From the NCBI GenBank assembly GCA_964401845.1, contig CAYOAD010000001.1, positions 895-51,274 of the forward strand: a stretch of 50,380 bases of DNA, read 5' to 3'. Both the position numbers and the translations under genes were made by a program. The notes under the pieces are model-generated. The model ran no database searches and was not told the DNA's origin. It worked only from the letters and a program-made list of their open reading frames with translations. Numbering within the stretch: position 1 is the stretch's first letter; each line of letters begins with the position of its first letter. Positions 11,032-21,749 of this stretch are shown here, in pieces. Origin of the DNA: an uncultured Rhodospirillaceae bacterium (GTDB lineage: Bacteria; Pseudomonadota; Alphaproteobacteria; UBA2966).

Positions 11032-11901
11032 TTACTCGTCGTTTTCGACGCGTTCGGCGGGATAGACGCCGAGGATCTTGACGCGGCTGGTGAAGAATTC
11101 CAGTTCCTCCAGCGCCAGACGCACGGATCGGTCCTCGGGGTGGCCGTCGATGTCGGCGTAGAACTGCGTCGCGTTGAAACTGCCGCCGAGCTGATAGCTC
11201 TCCAGCTTGATCATGTTGACGCCGTTGGTGGCGAAGCCGCCCATGGCTTTGTACAGCGCCGCCGGCACGTTGCGCACATTGAAGACAAAAGTGGTCTTGA
11301 AGTCGCCCGTGCCGCGTTCCGGCTGGCGGCTGTCACGCGACATGACGACAAAACGCGTGGTGTTGTGATGGGCGTCCTCGAAATCGGATTTCAGAACTTC
11401 CAGGCCATAGATCTCGGCGGCCAGCGATGAGGCGATCGCCGCATGCTCCGGATCGGCCAGCGCGGCGATATCGCGGGCGGCGCCGGCGGTATCTGCATTG
11501 ACCTGCGGTTTCAGGCCGAGCTCGCGCAGACTGGTCCGGCACTGATCCAGCGCCTGGATGTGGCTGTGCACGGTCGTAATCTGCTCGAGCTTGGTCCCCG
11601 GAACCGCCAGGAGCTGATGGTTCACGGGCTGGTAGTGCTCGCCGATAATGTAGAGGCCGGAATCAGGCATGAGGTGATGAATATCGGCGACCCGGCCGGC
11701 CTGGGAGTTTTCGATGGGGATCATGCCCAACGCGGCACGGCCTTCCTCAACCGCCAGGAAGGCGTCTTCGAAGGTCTCGCAGGCCATCACCGTCATGTCG
11801 GGATAGGCCTCCTGGCAGGCGAGATGGGAGTTCGCCCCCAAAGCGCCCTGGAAGGAGATCGTCGTTGCCGGATCCGTTCCGGCGGTGTCTGGCTTGCTCA
11901 T
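11032..11901 (-). CDS. pheA: Prephenate dehydratase
   Basis: FQGALGANSH, PIENSQAGRV, SHIQAL.QC, NTTRF, ACT domain NVPAALYKAMGGFATNGVNMIKLESY. Confidence 0.96.
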   Translation of the reverse strand: MSKPDTAGTDPATTISFQGALGANSHLACQEAYPDMTVMACETFEDAFLAVEEGRAALGMIPIENSQAGRVADIHHLMPDSGLYIIGEHYQPVNHQLLAVPGTKLEQITTVHSHIQALDQCRTSLRELGLKPQVNADTAGAARDIAALADPEHAAIASSLAAEIYGLEVLKSDFEDAHHNTTRFVVMSRDSRQPERGTGDFKTTFVFNVRNVPAALYKAMGGFATNGVNMIKLESYQLGGSFNATQFYADIDGHPEDRSVRLALEELEFFTSRVKILGVYPAERVENDE

Positions 11902-11910
11902 TTTCCGTCT

Positions 11911-12663
11911 TCAGCTGTTCGCGGCCGCGCCCAGTAATCCGCGCGCCCGTTCAAGATCGGCGGGAGTATCGACGCCGAACGGAACGCTGTCAACGAGCGC
12001 CGCGTCGATGCGCATGCCCGCTTCGAGGGCGCGCAACTGTTCCAATTTCTCTCGCTGTTCGAGCGGCGAGGGGGGCAGCGCGACAAATTTTTCCAGCGCG
12101 GCGCGGCGATAGCCGTAGATACCGATGTGGTGCCACAGGGGCCCGTCGCCGGTGGGGGCCGTGGCGCGCGTGAAATAGACGGCCCGGCCCTGGTTCGCTT
12201 CCGGGGCGAGCGAAATTACGGCTTTGACCACGTTGGGGTTGGTTTTCTCCGAAGGGTCGATGATTTCCGATGCCAAGGTGGAAATATCCACCGCGGGATC
12301 GCCAAGGGGCTTGGTCACCGCGGCAATGGCGGCGGGATCGATGGTCGGCAGATCGCCCTGCAGATTGATGACCAGACCGTGCACACCCTCGGGGTCGACG
12401 TGGTTCAACGCCTCGAATACGCGGTCGGAGCCGGAGGCGTGGCCGGGATCGGTAAGGACGGCATCGCCCCCGGCAGCGCGAACGGCCCCGGCGATCTCCG
12501 CCTCGGCGCAAGCCACCACGACGGGCCCGATATCGGCTTCCATGGCGCGCCGCCAGACATGGACGATCATCGCCTCGCCGGCGATATCGGCCAGCGGCTT
12601 GCCTGGCAGGCGCACAGATGCCATGCGGGCCGGTATGATCGTGATCGCCGAGGTGTCCGGCAT
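11911..12663 (-). CDS. kdsB: 3-deoxy-manno-octulosonate cytidylyltransferase
   Basis: [55 protein letters not shown]. Confidence 0.97.
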   Translation of the reverse strand: MPDTSAITIIPARMASVRLPGKPLADIAGEAMIVHVWRRAMEADIGPVVVACAEAEIAGAVRAAGGDAVLTDPGHASGSDRVFEALNHVDPEGVHGLVINLQGDLPTIDPAAIAAVTKPLGDPAVDISTLASEIIDPSEKTNPNVVKAVISLAPEANQGRAVYFTRATAPTGDGPLWHHIGIYGYRRAALEKFVALPPSPLEQREKLEQLRALEAGMRIDAALVDSVPFGVDTPADLERARGLLGAAANS

Positions 12664-12720
12664 GTCTGCGTGATCCACGAAAAGAGGGGTCAAAACATTC
12701 GGTTGGCGCATTTATACGGC

Positions 12721-12750
12721 TTGCGTCCCATGGCGGGAAGCCGGTAATGT
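12721..12750 (+). promoter_or_regulatory. Candidate sigma70 promoter for the cytochrome c gene
   Basis: TTGCGT-N18-TAATGT about 45 bp upstream of ATG 12795. Confidence 0.4.
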
Positions 12751-12794
12751 GCAGCCGCTCCCGCAACCCCCCAACCTGTCAACCGGATTTCGTT

Positions 12795-13343
12795 ATGGAT
12801 ACCTTTGAATTCAACAAATACGTCGGCGGCCTGCTGGCCTCCATGTTGTTCGTCTACGTCATCAGCATGGTGGGCGATTTGATGGTCCATCCCACCAATC
12901 CGGAAAAAGTGGCCTTCCCAGTCGAACTTGAGGAAGAAGCCGAAGATACGGCCTCGGATGACGAAGCGGAAGAACCCGAGGCGCCGACGTTGGCCGCCTT
13001 GCTCGGTGACGGCGACGCCGAGGCCGGCGCCAAGGTCGCCAAGAAGTGCGCCGCTTGCCATACCTTCGACGAGAGCAGCAAGAACAAGGTCGGCCCCAAC
13101 CTCTACGGCATCGTCGGTGGGCCGCGCGGAACCAAGGCCGGGTTCAAGTATTCCAGCGTCATGGCGGAGTCGGGCGGTACCTGGTCGTGGGAGGATCTCG
13201 ATGCCTTTCTGACCGATCCCAAGGGCTTCATGAAAGGCAACAAGATGTCGTTCAAGGGCCTGAAGGACGCGGAAGACCGGGCCAACATTCTGCTGTTCAT
13301 GAACAGCAACAGCGCCTCTCCCGCCGCCCTGCCCGACGACTAG
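12795..13343 (+). CDS. cycM: Membrane-anchored class I cytochrome c (CycM/cytochrome cy-like)
   Basis: N-terminal MDTFEFNK plus TM helix, acidic linker, CAACH heme motif, GPNLYG, KMSF axial Met; divergent from kdsB. Confidence 0.9.
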   Translation: MDTFEFNKYVGGLLASMLFVYVISMVGDLMVHPTNPEKVAFPVELEEEAEDTASDDEAEEPEAPTLAALLGDGDAEAGAKVAKKCAACHTFDESSKNKVGPNLYGIVGGPRGTKAGFKYSSVMAESGGTWSWEDLDAFLTDPKGFMKGNKMSFKGLKDAEDRANILLFMNSNSASPAALPDD

Positions 13344-13366
13344 GGGCGGTTGCCCTCTCACCTTTG

Positions 13367-14155
13367 ATGGATAAGTGTCCGGCCGAGTTCGTTGACCTTT
13401 CCGGCCGCCTGGCCGACGCCGCAGGCGGGGTCATCGCCAAGTATTTTCGCCAACCCTTCGACGTCATAACCAAGGACGACGACAGCCCTGTCACGATCGC
13501 CGACCGGGAATCGGAACAGGTCATGCGCGACCTGATCGAAGCCGCGTTCCCCGAGCACGGCATCGTCGGCGAGGAACACGGCACGGTGCGTCCAGATGCC
13601 GAATACGTCTGGTACCTCGATCCCATCGACGGCACCAAGTCGTTCATCTGTGGCGTGCCGCTGTTCGGCACGTTGATCGGACTGGTGCACAACGTTGACG
13701 GAGGCCCAAGCCCAATACTCGGCATTATCGACCAGCCCATCGCCAAGGAGCGCTGGACCGGCGCGGTGGGTCACGGCGCCGATTTGAACGGCCAAGCGAT
13801 CACGACACGGGCTTGTGCGGGCGTCGATCAGGCGACGTTGTTCTCCACCGGACCGGAATACTTCGACGACAAATCCTTCGAAGCGTTCCAGCGCGTCCGT
13901 GCTCAATCCAACATCGCCCGGTTCGGCGGCGATTGCTACGCCTATGGTTTGTTGGCGTCAGGCTGGATCGACCTGGTCGTCGAATGGGGGCTCGACGTTT
14001 ACGATTATTGCGCCCTGATCCCGGTGGTCGAGGCGGCCGGCGGTATCGTGACGACCTGGGCCGGCAAGGCCCACGCCTTCGATGGGCGCGAGAGCATCGT
14101 GGCGTCGGGCGACAGGTCCCTGCACGAAGAAGTGATAGCGATCCTCAACAATTAG
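13367..14155 (+). CDS. hisN: Histidinol-phosphate phosphatase (inositol monophosphatase family)
   Basis: SPVTIADRESE, GEE, LDPIDGTKSF, GVPLFGTLI, GGDCYAYGLLASG. Confidence 0.85.
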   Translation: MDKCPAEFVDLSGRLADAAGGVIAKYFRQPFDVITKDDDSPVTIADRESEQVMRDLIEAAFPEHGIVGEEHGTVRPDAEYVWYLDPIDGTKSFICGVPLFGTLIGLVHNVDGGPSPILGIIDQPIAKERWTGAVGHGADLNGQAITTRACAGVDQATLFSTGPEYFDDKSFEAFQRVRAQSNIARFGGDCYAYGLLASGWIDLVVEWGLDVYDYCALIPVVEAAGGIVTTWAGKAHAFDGRESIVASGDRSLHEEVIAILNN

Positions 14156-14226
14156 ACCGGCGGGCCTTGCCCTGAGCGCTCGCCTTGTCGCAAAATTCGG
14201 GCATTGCAGGTTTGGGGAAACAAGCC

Positions 14227-16056
14227 ATGAAAAAGCTCGCCGTTATTGCCGCCGCCGCGGTTTCACTGGCCGCCTTGCCCGTGCTGGGCGGATCGAAAAT
14301 CAGCCACGGCGATTCGTTGCACGGCGGCTTGAAGTATCCCGCCGATTTCAAGCATTTCGACTATGTAAATCCGGAAGCGCCGAAGGGCGGCACGCTGCGC
14401 CTCAGCGCCATCGGCTCCTACGATTCCCTCAACCCCTACATCCTTAAAGGCGACTCGGCGGTAGGGTTGGGCCTGGTTTACGATTCGCTGATGAGCGCGT
14501 CGGCGGACGAATCCAATTCCTCATACGGCCAGGTTGCCGAAACCATGGAAACGGCGGACGACCTCTCCTGGGTGATCTACACCCTGCGCAAGGAGGCCCG
14601 CTGGCATGACGGCACGCCGATCACGGCGGACGACATCATTTTTTCCTTCGAAACCGTCACGACCAAGGGACACCCCTTCTACCGCAGCTACTTCAAGAAT
14701 ATTGCCAAAGTGGAGCGCTTGGGCCCGAAAAAGGTCAAGTTCAGCTTTTCCGGCGATCTCAACCGCGAACTGCCGCACATCACCGGCCAGGTGCCCGTCC
14801 TGCCCAAGGCCTATTACGAAAAGCACGACTTCGGAAAAACGACGTTGGAACCGCCCTTGGGGTCCGGACCGTACCGGATCAAGGAACTCGATCCCGGGCG
14901 CTCGATTACGTACGAACGGGTAAAGGACTATTGGGGCAATGACGTTCCGGTCAACAAGGGCCAGTACAACTTTGACACCATCCGCTACGACTATTACCGG
15001 GACGCCACGGTTTCGCTGGAGGCCTTCAAGGCCCGCGAATACGATTTTCGCCAGGAAAATACATCCAAGGTCTGGGCGACGGGATACGGCTCTCCGGCGC
15101 TGGACAAGGGCTGGTACAAGAAACTGGAACTGGATGACGAGAACCCGACAGGCTTGCAGGGCCTGCATTTCAATATCCGGCGGGCCAAGTTCCGTGATCC
15201 CAGAGTGCGCCGGGCCATCGGCTACGCCTTCGATTTCGAGTGGACCAACAAGAACCTCTTCTATGGCCAGTACAGCAGGGTGAAAAGCTACTTTTCCAAT
15301 TCGGAATTCGCCGCAACCGGGCTGCCGGGACCGCGGGAACTGAAGTACCTGGAGCCCCACCGGGGCAAAATTCCGGGAGAAATCTTCACCACGGAATTCA
15401 CGGTGCCCACGACAGACGGCAGCGGCAATATCCGCAAAAACCTGCGCGCCGCAATCAAGCTCCTGAAAGAAGCCGGCTACCACATCAAGGACAGAAAACT
15501 GATCGACCGGGATACCGGCGAACCCTTCGTGTTCGAAATGCTTCTGAGCGGACCGTCCATGGAACGTGTCCTGTTGCCCATGGTGAAAAATCTCGAACGA
15601 CTCGGCATGAAGGTCAACATGCGGGTCGTCGATTCGGCGCAGTACCAGAACCGACTACGGGATTTCGACTTCGACACGTTCGTTTTGTGGATGCGTCAGT
15701 CGTCGTCTACCGGCAACGAACAACGCGATTTCTGGGGCTCCTACAACGCCGACGTCCCGGGCAGCCGGAATTACATCGGCATCAAGGACCCGGCCGTCGA
15801 TGACCTGATTGAAAAGATCGTCGCCGCCCCTAACCGGGAAGAATTGGTAGCCGCGACACGGGCGCTGGACCGCGTGCTGTTGTGGAATTTCTTCTCGGTA
15901 CCGCAGTGGCAGAGTTTGAAATTCCGCCTGGCCTACTGGGACCGCTTCGGCAGACCGCCGACGCCGCCGAAATATTCACCGGGTTTCTTCACCTGGTGGA
16001 TCGATCCCGCAAAGGATGCAGCGTTGAACACGGCGATGAAGAAGAGCGGAAACTGA
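14227..16056 (+). CDS. yejA: Peptide ABC transporter substrate-binding protein, YejA family (copy 1)
   Basis: Signal peptide; LKYPADFKHFDYVNPEAPKGG, PPLGSGPY, AFDFEWTNKNLFYG, RALDRVLL. Confidence 0.92.
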   Translation: MKKLAVIAAAAVSLAALPVLGGSKISHGDSLHGGLKYPADFKHFDYVNPEAPKGGTLRLSAIGSYDSLNPYILKGDSAVGLGLVYDSLMSASADESNSSYGQVAETMETADDLSWVIYTLRKEARWHDGTPITADDIIFSFETVTTKGHPFYRSYFKNIAKVERLGPKKVKFSFSGDLNRELPHITGQVPVLPKAYYEKHDFGKTTLEPPLGSGPYRIKELDPGRSITYERVKDYWGNDVPVNKGQYNFDTIRYDYYRDATVSLEAFKAREYDFRQENTSKVWATGYGSPALDKGWYKKLELDDENPTGLQGLHFNIRRAKFRDPRVRRAIGYAFDFEWTNKNLFYGQYSRVKSYFSNSEFAATGLPGPRELKYLEPHRGKIPGEIFTTEFTVPTTDGSGNIRKNLRAAIKLLKEAGYHIKDRKLIDRDTGEPFVFEMLLSGPSMERVLLPMVKNLERLGMKVNMRVVDSAQYQNRLRDFDFDTFVLWMRQSSSTGNEQRDFWGSYNADVPGSRNYIGIKDPAVDDLIEKIVAAPNREELVAATRALDRVLLWNFFSVPQWQSLKFRLAYWDRFGRPPTPPKYSPGFFTWWIDPAKDAALNTAMKKSGN

Positions 16057-16064
16057 CAGGGCAA

Positions 16065-16092
16065 TTGACCTAGCGTTACCCGGCTTTACTAT
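16065..16092 (+). promoter_or_regulatory. Candidate internal sigma70 promoter before the second yejA
   Basis: TTGACC-N16-TACTAT in the 34-bp gap; the -10 overlaps the ATG at 16091. Confidence 0.35.
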
Positions 16093-17953
16093 GCTCGATA
16101 CCGTGAAGAACAAGAGCAAATCAAGCGCGGGCCTGTTGGCCATACTGACGGTGGGGATCGGCGTCGCAGCGGCGGCGCAGGCGGAACCGCGGCACGGCCT
16201 GTCGATCTTCGGCGACCTCAAATACCCCGCCGGTTTCAAGCATTTCGACTACGTCAACCCGGATGCGCCCAAGGGCGGCACGATACGCCTTCGCGATCTG
16301 GGTTCCTTCGACAACGTCAACCCCTTCATCATCAAGGGCATCCGGCTTCGCGGCATGGGCGCCATCGCCATGCAGTTGCCGTACGATTCGCTGATGACCT
16401 CGGCCTCGGACGAGCCCGACGCCATGTACGGGCTGGTGGCGAAGACCGTCGAAATTGGGCCGGAGCGTCAATGGGTCGAGTTCGTCCTGCGCCCTGAAGC
16501 CAGGTTTCATGACGGCTCACCCATCACGCCGGAAGACGTCCTCTTCACGTTCAACATCCTGAAAACCGAGGGCCGTCCCGTATACCGCATCAACTTAAAG
16601 GACGTCGTAAAGGGCGAGAGCCCGGGTCCGGGCCGGGTGCGCTACACCTTCCGGGAAGGTGCGGTGACGCGCGACCTGCCCAGCATCGTGGCGGGCTTGC
16701 CGATCCTTTCCAAAGCCTACTACGACAAGGTTGAGTTCAACCGCACCACCATCAAACCACCCCTGGCCTCGGGCCCCTACCGCATCGCCAAGGTCGATCA
16801 GGGCCGCGATCTCGTGTACGAGCGGTTCAAGGATTACTGGGCAAGAGATCTGCCGGTCATGCGTGGGCGCTATAACATCGACAGATTCCATTTCGTCTTC
16901 TACCGCGACCGCAATGTGGCGCTGGAAGCCTTCAAGGGCGGCGATTACGACTTCCGCGAGGAGTTCACCTCCAAGAGCTGGGCCACGGGCTATGATTTCC
17001 CCGCCGTCGACAAGGGCTGGGTAAAGCTGGAGAGCATCCCGGACCTCTCTCCGGCGTCGCGCCAGTATTTCGCCCTCAACCTCCGGCGCGACAAGTTCAA
17101 GGACGCCCGCGTGCGGGAGGCTTTCGGCCTCGCTTTCGATTTCGCCTGGACCAATAAGAACCTGTTTTACGGCCTCTACGACCGCACCCTCAGCATCTGG
17201 CAGAACACCGACATGGCGGCCCGCGCCCTGCCCGACAAGGACGAACTCGCATTGCTGGAACCGTTCCGCGACAAACTGCCGGCCCGCATCTTCACCGAAG
17301 TCTACATGCCACCGGGCGAAGGCAAACCCTTGCGACAAAATCTCAGACGCGCCAAAAAACTGCTCGCGGAGGCCGGCTGGACCGTCAAGGGCGGCAAGCT
17401 GGTCAAGGGCGGCGGCGAGCAGATGAGAATCGAGTTCCTCACCTATACACCGACCTTCGAACGGATCCTCGCGCCGATCGTCAAGAACCTGAAGCGCTTG
17501 GGCATCGACGCCTCGATCCGCCAGGTCGACGTCACGCACTACACCAACCGGAAACAGACCTTCGAATTCGACGTGGCAACGGAAGCCTTCCTCACGACCG
17601 CGACGCCCGGCATCGCACAGCGAAATTTCTGGGGCTCGGAGGCGGCCAAACAACAGGGCAGCATCAATTACTCCGGTATCAGTGATCCGGTGATCGACGC
17701 TTTGCTGGAACACATCGCCGAAGCACCCGACCGAGAGGCGCTGACGACGGCGGCGCGGGCCCTGGACCGCGTATTGCTGGGCAATCACTACATCGTGCCG
17801 GAATGGTTCAAGGCCGTGCACACGGTAGCCTACTGGGACAAGTTCGCCCGACCCAAGATCAAGCCTAAGTACGACCTCGGTTTCCTCGACACCTGGTGGT
17901 ACGACGAAGACCGCGCCAAGGCGCTGGAAGCCGCCATGGCCAAGGGCGGCTAG
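16091..17953 (+). CDS. yejA: Peptide ABC transporter substrate-binding protein, YejA family (copy 2)
   Basis: Signal peptide; HGLSIFGDLKYPAGFKHFDYVNPDAPKGG, AFDFAWTNKNLFYG, RALDRVLL. Start may be GTG 16103. Confidence 0.92.
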   Translation: MLDTVKNKSKSSAGLLAILTVGIGVAAAAQAEPRHGLSIFGDLKYPAGFKHFDYVNPDAPKGGTIRLRDLGSFDNVNPFIIKGIRLRGMGAIAMQLPYDSLMTSASDEPDAMYGLVAKTVEIGPERQWVEFVLRPEARFHDGSPITPEDVLFTFNILKTEGRPVYRINLKDVVKGESPGPGRVRYTFREGAVTRDLPSIVAGLPILSKAYYDKVEFNRTTIKPPLASGPYRIAKVDQGRDLVYERFKDYWARDLPVMRGRYNIDRFHFVFYRDRNVALEAFKGGDYDFREEFTSKSWATGYDFPAVDKGWVKLESIPDLSPASRQYFALNLRRDKFKDARVREAFGLAFDFAWTNKNLFYGLYDRTLSIWQNTDMAARALPDKDELALLEPFRDKLPARIFTEVYMPPGEGKPLRQNLRRAKKLLAEAGWTVKGGKLVKGGGEQMRIEFLTYTPTFERILAPIVKNLKRLGIDASIRQVDVTHYTNRKQTFEFDVATEAFLTTATPGIAQRNFWGSEAAKQQGSINYSGISDPVIDALLEHIAEAPDREALTTAARALDRVLLGNHYIVPEWFKAVHTVAYWDKFARPKIKPKYDLGFLDTWWYDEDRAKALEAAMAKGG

Positions 17954-17959
17954 CCCGCG

Positions 17960-19072
17960 ATGCTCGCCTACATCATCCGTCGGCTGTTGTTGATGATTCC
18001 GACGCTGTTCGGGATCATGGTGCTGAACTTTTTTATCATCCAGTTCGCGCCGGGCGGGCCGGTGGAACAGATGATCGCGCAAATCCAGGGCACCGCGGTA
18101 GACCCGACCACCCGCATCGGCGGCGGCGCCGGCGGCGGCGAAACCGGTAGTCAAAAGGCCCAAACCGGATCCGCCGACGTCACCAGCAAGTATCGGGGGG
18201 CCCAGGGACTGGATCGGGAATTCATCGAGGAAATCGAAAAACTCTACGGCTTCGACAAACCGGCGCACGAACGGTTCATCCTGATGATGGGCAATTACCT
18301 CCAGTTCGAATTCGGCGACAGCTACTTCCGTGACCGGCCCGTGGTTGATCTGGTGATCGACAAGATGCCGGTGTCGATTTCTCTGGGCGTGTGGACGACG
18401 TTGCTGGTTTACCTGATATCGATCCCCTTAGGCATCGCCAAGGCAGTGAGGGACGGCAGCCGGTTCGACATCGCCACATCGAGTGCCATTATCGTCGGCT
18501 ACGCTATCCCGAGCTTCCTGTTCGCCGTGCTGTTGATTGTGTTGTTCGCGGGCGGCAGCTTCTGGGATGTCTTCCCCTTGCGCGGCCTGACCTCGGAGAA
18601 CTGGGCAGAACTTTCGTGGCCCGATCGCATCGCGGATTATTTCTGGCACCTTACGCTTCCCATCCTCGCCATGGTGATCGGTGGTTTCGCGACCCTGACG
18701 ATGTTGACGAAAAACTCGTTCCTCGAGGAGATCAACAAGCAGTACGTCATGACGGCCCGGGCCAAGGGTCTCACGGAAAATCGCGTGCTTTACGGACACG
18801 TCTTCCGCAACGCCATGTTGATCGTCATCGCTGGATTTCCCAGCGCCTTCATCGGCGTTCTATTCACCGGCGCATTGCTGATCGAGGTGATCTTCTCCCT
18901 GGACGGGCTGGGCTTGTTGGGCTTCGAGGCCGTGATCAACCGTGACTATCCCGTCGTCTTCGGCAGTCTATTCTTTTTCACCCTGCTGGGTCTGATTATG
19001 GGATTAATCGGCGACGTCATGTACATGATCATTGATCCGCGCATCGATTTCGAACGACAGGATGTCGGGTGA
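17960..19072 (+). CDS. yejB: Peptide ABC transporter permease YejB
   Basis: [35 protein letters not shown]-like loop TARAKGL, INRDYP. Confidence 0.95.
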   Translation: MLAYIIRRLLLMIPTLFGIMVLNFFIIQFAPGGPVEQMIAQIQGTAVDPTTRIGGGAGGGETGSQKAQTGSADVTSKYRGAQGLDREFIEEIEKLYGFDKPAHERFILMMGNYLQFEFGDSYFRDRPVVDLVIDKMPVSISLGVWTTLLVYLISIPLGIAKAVRDGSRFDIATSSAIIVGYAIPSFLFAVLLIVLFAGGSFWDVFPLRGLTSENWAELSWPDRIADYFWHLTLPILAMVIGGFATLTMLTKNSFLEEINKQYVMTARAKGLTENRVLYGHVFRNAMLIVIAGFPSAFIGVLFTGALLIEVIFSLDGLGLLGFEAVINRDYPVVFGSLFFFTLLGLIMGLIGDVMYMIIDPRIDFERQDVG

Positions 19073-20118
19073 TGTCAGAGCACTTCCTCGGCCTCCGCAT
19101 CACGCCCCTGACGCGCCGTCGTCTGCAGAATTTTCGCTCCAATCGCCGGGGCTGGTGGTCGTTCTGGATCTTTCTGGTCATCTTCTTCGTCAGCCTGTTC
19201 GCGGAGTTCATCGCCAACGACAAGCCCATTGTCTTATCCTACGAGGGCGAGCTGCATTTTCCCGTCTTCATCGAATACGCGGAAACAAAGTTCGGCGGCG
19301 ATTTCGAAACCGAAGCCGAATACCGCGATCCCTATATCCAGGATTTGATCAACGAAAATGGCTGGATGGTCTGGCCCATCGTCCGCTACTCCTACGACAC
19401 CATCAATCTTGATCTACCGGTCCCGGCGCCGGCGCCGCCGTCGGCGGAAAATTGGCTGGGAACGGACGATCAGGCGCGCGACGTCGTGGCCCGGCTGATC
19501 TACGGCTTTCGCATATCCGTCCTGTTCGGCCTGATCCTGACGGTATTTTCCTCGATCATCGGGGTGGTCGCCGGCGCGGTACAGGGCTACTTCGGCGGCT
19601 GGCTGGACCTGTTGTTCCAGCGCTTCATCGAAATCTGGTCGGGCCTGCCGACGCTCTACATTTTGATCATCATGGCGAGCTTCATCGTGCCGGGGTTCTG
19701 GACGCTTCTGATCATTCTGCTGTTGTTCAGCTGGATGGCGCTGGTAGGCGTCGTGCGCGCCGAATTCCTGCGCGCGCGGAACTTCGAATATGTCCGCGCC
19801 GCCCGGGCGCTGGGTTTGGGCGATACCATGATCATGTTTCGCCACCTGCTGCCCAACGCCATGGTGGCGACCATCACCTTCCTCCCTTTCATCCTCAATG
19901 GATCCATCACCACCCTGACGGCACTGGACTTTCTGGGCTTCGGCCTGCCGCCGGGTTCGCCTTCGTTGGGCGAACTGCTGGCCCAGGGCAAAGCCAACCT
20001 GCAGGCGCCGTGGCTCGGCATCTCCGGCTTCTTCACCATCTCCATCATGCTGACGCTGCTGGTCTTCGCTGGCGAGGCGCTGCGTGATGCCTTCGATCCG
20101 AGAAAGGCGTTGGCATGA
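19072..20118 (+). CDS. yejE: Peptide ABC transporter permease YejE
   Basis: AEFIANDKP, WLGTDDQARDV, RAEFLRARNFEYVRAARALG, GEALRDAFDP; TGATG overlap with yejB. Confidence 0.95.
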   Translation: MSEHFLGLRITPLTRRRLQNFRSNRRGWWSFWIFLVIFFVSLFAEFIANDKPIVLSYEGELHFPVFIEYAETKFGGDFETEAEYRDPYIQDLINENGWMVWPIVRYSYDTINLDLPVPAPAPPSAENWLGTDDQARDVVARLIYGFRISVLFGLILTVFSSIIGVVAGAVQGYFGGWLDLLFQRFIEIWSGLPTLYILIIMASFIVPGFWTLLIILLLFSWMALVGVVRAEFLRARNFEYVRAARALGLGDTMIMFRHLLPNAMVATITFLPFILNGSITTLTALDFLGFGLPPGSPSLGELLAQGKANLQAPWLGISGFFTISIMLTLLVFAGEALRDAFDPRKALA

Positions 20119-21746
20119 GTGCCCGCGACTTCCTGGTCGTTGACGACCTTTCCGTCAACTTCAAGGTCGAAGGCCGCGAGGTCGAGGCCGTGCGCCATGT
20201 ATCGTTCCGCATCGAACGTGGGGAGACGGTGGCGCTGGTCGGCGAAAGCGGTTCGGGCAAGTCGGTCAGCGCCTTATCCGTCCTGCAGCTTCTGCCCTAC
20301 CCCCAGGCGAGCCACCCGTCGGGTTCCATCCTGATCGACGGCAAGGAGGCGATCGGGGCCAGCCAGGCGGAGATGCGCGACATCCGGGGCGACCGCATTT
20401 CCATGGTGTTCCAGGAACCCATGACGTCGCTCAATCCGCTGCACAGTATCGAAAAACAGATCAACGAAACATTGATCCTGCACCGCGGCCTCTCAAAATT
20501 GGCGGCGCGGGAGAGAACCCTCGAACTGCTGGATCTCGTCGGGCTGCAAAACGCCGAAGCGCGGCTCGGCGCCTTCCCCCACCAGCTTTCCGGCGGCCAG
20601 CGCCAGCGCGTCATGATCGCCATGGCGCTGGCCAACGAACCCGACCTACTGATCGCCGACGAGCCCACCACGGCGGTCGACGTCACCATCCAGGCCCAGT
20701 TGCTCAAGCTGCTGAAGGACCTGCAGGCGCGGCTCGGCATGGCCATGTTGCTGATCACCCACGACCTCGGCATCGTGCGTCATATGGCGGAGCGCGTGCA
20801 TGTCATGAAGGACGGCGAGGTGGTCGAGCACGGCAGCGTCGAGGAGGTCTTCGGCAATCCCCGGCACGAATACACCCAGACCCTGCTGGCGGCGGAGCCA
20901 GGTGGCCATCCCGAGACGCCGGAGGACGCCGCCGCCGAGGTCATGAGCGCCGACGACCTCAAGGTCTGGTTCCCCATCAAGAAGGGCGTTTTCCGCCGCA
21001 CCGTCGATCACGTCCGCGCCGTCGACGGCGTCAGCCTCAGCATCCGCGCCGGGCACACTGTCGGTGTCGTCGGTGAAAGCGGCTCGGGCAAGACGACGCT
21101 CGCCCTGGCGCTCTTGCGCCTGATCCGCAGCCGTGGGCCGATCCGCTTCGACGACAAGGACATCCAGGGTCTCGGCTTCGGCGACATGCGGCCTTTGCGC
21201 CGCGAAATGCAGATCGTCTTTCAGGATCCCTTCGCCAGCCTGAGCCCGCGTCTTTCCATCGGTCAGATCGTCGGCGAAGGCCTGTTGGTGCACGACATGG
21301 GTGGCGATTATGACGAACGCCGGGCGATGATCGGCGCGGCCCTTGCGGAAGTGGGTCTCGATCCCGAAACCCAGGACCGCTACCCGCACGAATTTTCCGG
21401 CGGCCAGCGCCAGCGCATCTCCATCGCCCGCGCCATGGTGTTGAAACCCCGCTTCGTCGTGCTGGACGAACCCACCTCGGCCCTCGATATGTCGGTCCAG
21501 GCGCAGATCGTCGACCTCTTGCGCGACCTGCAGCGCCAGCACAACCTCGCCTACTTGTTCATCAGCCACGACCTTCGCGTCGTCCGCGCCTTGTCGGACG
21601 ATGTCATCGTCATGCGCGACGGCCAGGTGGTGGAACAGGGCGCCGCCGATGCCGTCTTCGACCACCCCCAAACCGACTACACCCAGGCCCTGATGCAGGC
21701 GGCGTTCGAGCTTCAGGCCGACGAAAGCGGCGTGGTGAGGACTTAA
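20115..21746 (+). CDS. yejF: Peptide ABC transporter ATP-binding protein (two fused ABC domains) YejF
   Basis: Two GESGSGK Walker A motifs, two (L/F)SGGQRQR signatures, two DEPT Walker B motifs. Confidence 0.94.
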   Translation: MSARDFLVVDDLSVNFKVEGREVEAVRHVSFRIERGETVALVGESGSGKSVSALSVLQLLPYPQASHPSGSILIDGKEAIGASQAEMRDIRGDRISMVFQEPMTSLNPLHSIEKQINETLILHRGLSKLAARERTLELLDLVGLQNAEARLGAFPHQLSGGQRQRVMIAMALANEPDLLIADEPTTAVDVTIQAQLLKLLKDLQARLGMAMLLITHDLGIVRHMAERVHVMKDGEVVEHGSVEEVFGNPRHEYTQTLLAAEPGGHPETPEDAAAEVMSADDLKVWFPIKKGVFRRTVDHVRAVDGVSLSIRAGHTVGVVGESGSGKTTLALALLRLIRSRGPIRFDDKDIQGLGFGDMRPLRREMQIVFQDPFASLSPRLSIGQIVGEGLLVHDMGGDYDERRAMIGAALAEVGLDPETQDRYPHEFSGGQRQRISIARAMVLKPRFVVLDEPTSALDMSVQAQIVDLLRDLQRQHNLAYLFISHDLRVVRALSDDVIVMRDGQVVEQGAADAVFDHPQTDYTQALMQAAFELQADESGVVRT

Positions 21747-21749
21747 GCG

